This document shows, one piece after another, positions 28,077-32,348 of a stretch of DNA of 32,348 nucleotides. A program made the position numbers and the translations under genes. This DNA is from an uncultured delta proteobacterium (lineage in GTDB: Bacteria; Desulfobacterota; Binatia; UBA9968). The notes under the pieces were generated by a model that did no database searches, was not told the origin of the DNA, and was given only the letters and a program-made list of their open reading frames with translations. The stretch is from NCBI GenBank assembly GCA_963816145.1, contig CAWFJP010000020.1, positions 1 to 32,348 on the forward strand, read 5' to 3'. Numbering within the stretch: position 1 is the first letter of the stretch; every line of letters starts with the position of its first letter.

Positions 28077-29233
28077 TCCTTGTTCTCCTGATCTTCCAAG
28101 GACACGATGTGAAGATCGAAGCCGACCGCCTTGGTGACAAGCTTAAACACCGGCGATTGTCCCAACAAACGGCGCCACCATGATTTATGCGAACGCCCGA
28201 CGACAATGTGGCGAACTCCATGATCGCGGGCAAATTCGAGCAGGGCTTCGACCGGCTTTTCCGACCTCAGCCGGACGACCTCGGCGCCCAAGTCTCGGGC
28301 TCTTTGTTCGTCTTCCAAAAGGTAGCGCTGCAGCGTCGCGTCGATGCGATGGCCCGATTCGCCCTTCGTTTCCACGTGGACAACAAACCAATCCGTGTTT
28401 AATCGCCCCGCCAAACGCGATCCTTGCCGGAGCAGTAAAACGCCATGAGGCGGCGGACGAGTCGGCAAGCACACCATCACCCGTTCGCTGGCGGCGGCTC
28501 TGCGCCCGGCGTCATCGTCGTCGGCTTTCGCTGAGACAGCGCGGTCGACGCTTTCCGCCACTTCGCGCAGTGCGATTTCCCGCAATACCGTAAGTTTTTC
28601 CGGCTGAAAGAAGTTTTCCAGCGCCCAGCCAACCTTATCCGGCGCATAGATTTTGCCCGCCTTAAGGCGATCGATGAGATCTTCGACAGCTAGGTCGATA
28701 TCGACCACCTGGTCGGCTCGCTTCAGCATCGAGTCCGGAACCGTCTCGCGAACGATCACGCCCGTTGCCTGCTTGACCATTTCGTTGAGGCTCTCAAGGT
28801 GCTGCACGTTAAAAGCGCAGATCACATTGATCCCGGCATCGAGCAGTTCCAACACGTCTTGATAGCGCTTCTTGTTGCGGCAGAAGGGCGCGTTGGTATG
28901 AGCTAGCTCATCGACGATCGCCAGCTGTGGATGGCGTTTGAGAATGGCGTCCAAGTCCATCTCTTCGACAGTCACGCCGCGATACTCGACACGCTGGCGC
29001 GGCACCACTTCGAGTCCCTCGATCAGCGCCGCGGTGTCGAGCCGGTCATGCGGCTCGATAAAGCCCAAGACGACGTCGACCCCGCGCTTTTGCAGGGCAT
29101 GCGCTTCCTCAAGCATCTGGTAGGTCTTGCCAACGCCGGCGGCGGAGCCGATATAAACTTTGAGCCGGCCGCGCTTGGCGCGCTCGACCAGTTCGAGAAA
29201 ATCTTCCGGTTTCTTACGCTCGGTCTGAATCAA
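28073..29233 (-). CDS. kdpD: Stand-alone KdpD N-terminal sensor domain + universal stress protein domain (split KdpD)
   Basis: RGRLKVYIGSAAGVGKTYQML, IVDELAHTN, KRYQDV, NVQHLESLN, GKIY, LREIALRE; USP with HIVVGRS; no TM or kinase part. Confidence 0.92.
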   Translation of the reverse strand: MIQTERKKPEDFLELVERAKRGRLKVYIGSAAGVGKTYQMLEEAHALQKRGVDVVLGFIEPHDRLDTAALIEGLEVVPRQRVEYRGVTVEEMDLDAILKRHPQLAIVDELAHTNAPFCRNKKRYQDVLELLDAGINVICAFNVQHLESLNEMVKQATGVIVRETVPDSMLKRADQVVDIDLAVEDLIDRLKAGKIYAPDKVGWALENFFQPEKLTVLREIALREVAESVDRAVSAKADDDDAGRRAAASERVMVCLPTRPPPHGVLLLRQGSRLAGRLNTDWFVVHVETKGESGHRIDATLQRYLLEDEQRARDLGAEVVRLRSEKPVEALLEFARDHGVRHIVVGRSHKSWWRRLLGQSPVFKLVTKAVGFDLHIVSLEDQENKE

Positions 29234-29480
29234 CGATTTTCCCCGCGATGAACAAGGCTAAAAATGGCTCAAGCCAGCAAGCCCACTCGACCGCATAACC
29301 CGACCGAGCGCTTACCGGCAGCATAAAGATATACCGATTCTATTTGCAAACAGTTAAAAGTACCCCGGTAATCTCACCTCCTCGATATCGTTGCCCGACC
29401 TGATCGAAAGTCGAACGGGACGGCTATCCTTTAACGAAAGTAATCGACGTTTAACCTCACGCGTCGTTTCTAAGTGCCCG

Positions 29481-30176
<696 letters not shown>

Positions 30177-30189
30177 TCAGATGGAGTGT

Positions 30190-30528
30190 CTAGTTTCCTG
30201 CGACGATACTCCTCCTTTCCGCGTCGAATGACCTGAAGAACTGGCGCCACAAAATGTACTCCTCAATCGCTACCCAGATGGTCACAAAAAGGAAACTGCC
30301 CCAAAGAATAAAAGTGAAAAGACGCATCTCTCTCGGGAGCAAGTCTGGCTCGATCGCTTCTATCCAGATGACCACGCCGACGAAGGCCAATAGATGCACC
30401 AGCATGAACCGAGCGGCGTGCATGCGTTCGTAAGCCAACTGGATCTCCAAAACGCGGCGCGATTGTGATTCACCGGAATCCAATCCCTCGTTGATCTTGA
30501 CTCCTATGGTTTCCTTTGGCGACTTCAT
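30190..30528 (-). CDS. Hypothetical two-TM membrane protein
   Basis: 112 aa with two hydrophobic segments; co-oriented, 27 nt after the porin stop. Confidence 0.6.
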   Translation of the reverse strand: MKSPKETIGVKINEGLDSGESQSRRVLEIQLAYERMHAARFMLVHLLAFVGVVIWIEAIEPDLLPREMRLFTFILWGSFLFVTIWVAIEEYILWRQFFRSFDAERRSIVAGN

Positions 30529-30555
30529 CTAGTGCTCAACCCAAGAACGGCCGGC

Positions 30556-31793
30556 TCAGAACGCGTAAATCAGCTGCATGCCAAGCGTCGTCTGCTGACT
30601 ATCGGCGCGGGATTGGCCTTTTTGATAAACTGGGTGGTTGGCCCAGTCCTGACGCAGTTCGACGCGGCCGATCAGCATCTTGGTGAACTTATAGCTGCCG
30701 GTCAGAGTCATTTCGCCGAGTGTGGCATTATTTTGCGGGGTGGTCGCCGCAAGACCAAAGGTCCGCGCTGCTTGATTATCGAAGAAAACCTCGCCGCGCA
30801 GCGCCGTGGTGAAACGATCGGTCCAGCCCCAGGATGCGATGGCCGATAGCGCGTGCCAGTAAGCATTCTGGTTACCAGTGGGAGTCGAGGCATTCCCTTC
30901 GCCACCGAAGGTATACTCGAGCAAGATCGTCAATGGATCCATCGGTTTGATCGTCGCAACGCTGCTCCAGGTCACTCTTTGGCTTCCGGTGTTATGGAAT
31001 TGCTCTGGCCCAAATATGATATTGCTCGCCAAGGCGAAGGCGTCGCTGGGCGTATAGTTCACACCGACGAGACCGGACGGTGCGCTGTTATTGTCGTGCG
31101 GATCATCCCAACCGGTCACCACGCCGACACTTGCGGTAAACGTTTTGGCGAATGGATAGCTAAACAACGTGCCGAGATGACGCAGCGGCACGCCATAATT
31201 AAAAGCGAAGGAACGAGAAATATTGTCGTTATATGCGCCCGGGGAGTTTAGAATCTCCGTGCCCAATGGCGTAACGAACAAACCACCTTTGAAAGAGATC
31301 CCCTCACCCACGGGTATCGTGGTTGAAAGATAGGCCTCACGGAGCTCCGCCGAAGGTCCGCAGCAGAACCTTGGACCGGTCGGGTTCCACTGGGTCGCCT
31401 CGTGCAGCAACTCGCCATATCGACCAAAATCACCGGAAACCCTGAAACCAACGCCCCAATCCTTTTCCGGCTTTTCTATCGCGACATGAAAATTATTAAC
31501 GTAAAACTGATTATTGTCTTTATAAAAGTAGCGGCCGGAGATATTCGATCCAAAACCCGGATGATTGGAGCTCCAAATATAAGTCGATTCAACAAATCCG
31601 CTAATGCCGATGCCTAGCGTCTTTTCCAACGATCCCTTGCCGTCGGCGATCGCCTGTCGAGCATACCGACACTGCTGTCCAAACTCATCCAGCCCGGACC
31701 GAGCGGTTTTTCTTCATCAGCGCTAGAAATCCCCAGTGCCAAAAGTAACAAACTTAGTAACGTCCCCGCTAACATAAATAATAGTCTTTTCAT
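30556..31793 (-). CDS. Outer-membrane beta-barrel porin (BBP2/DUF1597-like), one frameshift near 31655
   Basis: GGAG RBS and signal peptide MKRLLFMLAGTLLSLLLLALGISSA from 31793; adding one base joins it to 30556..31629 (LREAY, GLFVTPLGTE, NDNISRS, C-terminal MQLIYAF). Confidence 0.82.
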
Positions 31794-31929
31794 CTCCCAA
31801 GCCTCCGCGTATCTATGACAAACTTTTGTTTATTGAACTGCACCCTAGGTGAGATGCGTATATTCCTAAGCTCCATGAGCTGGAATCGGCTAGCCACGAA
31901 AATTGCAATCAGGTGCCGGCGCGCGTTCC

Positions 31930-32253
31930 CTACGCGCAATTGCCGACACGGACGCGGATCAGGTTTTCGAGCGGCATAATAGCCACTTCACCGTCCGACA
32001 TTTTGCCGGAGCGAAGCGTCATGACAAGCATCTGCGCGACTCGAACCGCCTCATCGTCGTCAACAATCACGCCAATGCTGACTTCACTGGAATCGTCGCT
32101 ATACGTGACGCCGCGGTATTGTTTTAAGCTTAGCTGATCGCAACCGTCCCCCTCAGTCTCGGAAACCGAGAAGCGTCGGATTCTTTCGTGTCGCAGCGCT
32201 TCTTTGATTTCGTCCAGTTTGAATCGTTGGAAGCTCGCTTCAATCTTCTTCAT
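31930..32253 (-). CDS. Degenerate P-II family protein
   Basis: MKKIEA...FKLDEIKEAL, YRG..Y, SG..SDG, IRVRVG; true start 32253 (107 aa). Confidence 0.82.
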   Translation of the reverse strand: MKKIEASFQRFKLDEIKEALRHERIRRFSVSETEGDGCDQLSLKQYRGVTYSDDSSEVSIGVIVDDDEAVRVAQMLVMTLRSGKMSDGEVAIMPLENLIRVRVGNCA

Positions 32254-32348
32254 AAACGGCTCCCAAGGGGCCTTTACTTCGCCTGAGGCGGAACGGTTTG
32301 AACTGACGGTTGAGCGGGCGCAGCGTCTCCTTGGGCGCATCCTTGGTC

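Overview
GC-rich bacterial chromosomal window with no rRNA, tRNA, CRISPR array or transposase. The gene content (amidohydrolase_2, orphan NMT1-type binding protein, xanthine-dehydrogenase-family enzyme, 9-nt intergenic repeats) resembles Candidatus Binatia-type deltaproteobacteria; this is an inference. From left to right: (1) a six-gene energy-converting hydrogenase-related (Ehr, hyf/hyc-like) operon whose large subunit lacks the N-terminal Ni-binding CxxC. It is led by an Rv0081-like ArsR regulator, with a pseudo-receiver gene and a pentapeptide-repeat gene inserted between them. (2) An amidohydrolase, a Zn-ribbon hypothetical protein and a GAF histidine kinase with a His->Asn H-box behind a sigma54 promoter. 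(3) A CoxMLS/xanthine-dehydrogenase-family operon divergent from VOC, cupin and SBP genes. (4) An AT-richer two-gene insert encoding a small RelA/SpoT synthetase and an 81-aa partner. It looks like a split CapRel-type toxSAS toxin-antitoxin / anti-phage module and is the best candidate for a novel system. (5) A Rieske oxygenase, argC and an MFS transporter. (6) A split-KdpD / HAMP kinase / two-response-regulator module downstream of two P-II genes (one degenerate), a beta-barrel porin and two small membrane proteins, with no kdpFABC or amtB in the window. Four genes carry frameshifts that look like sequencing indels.
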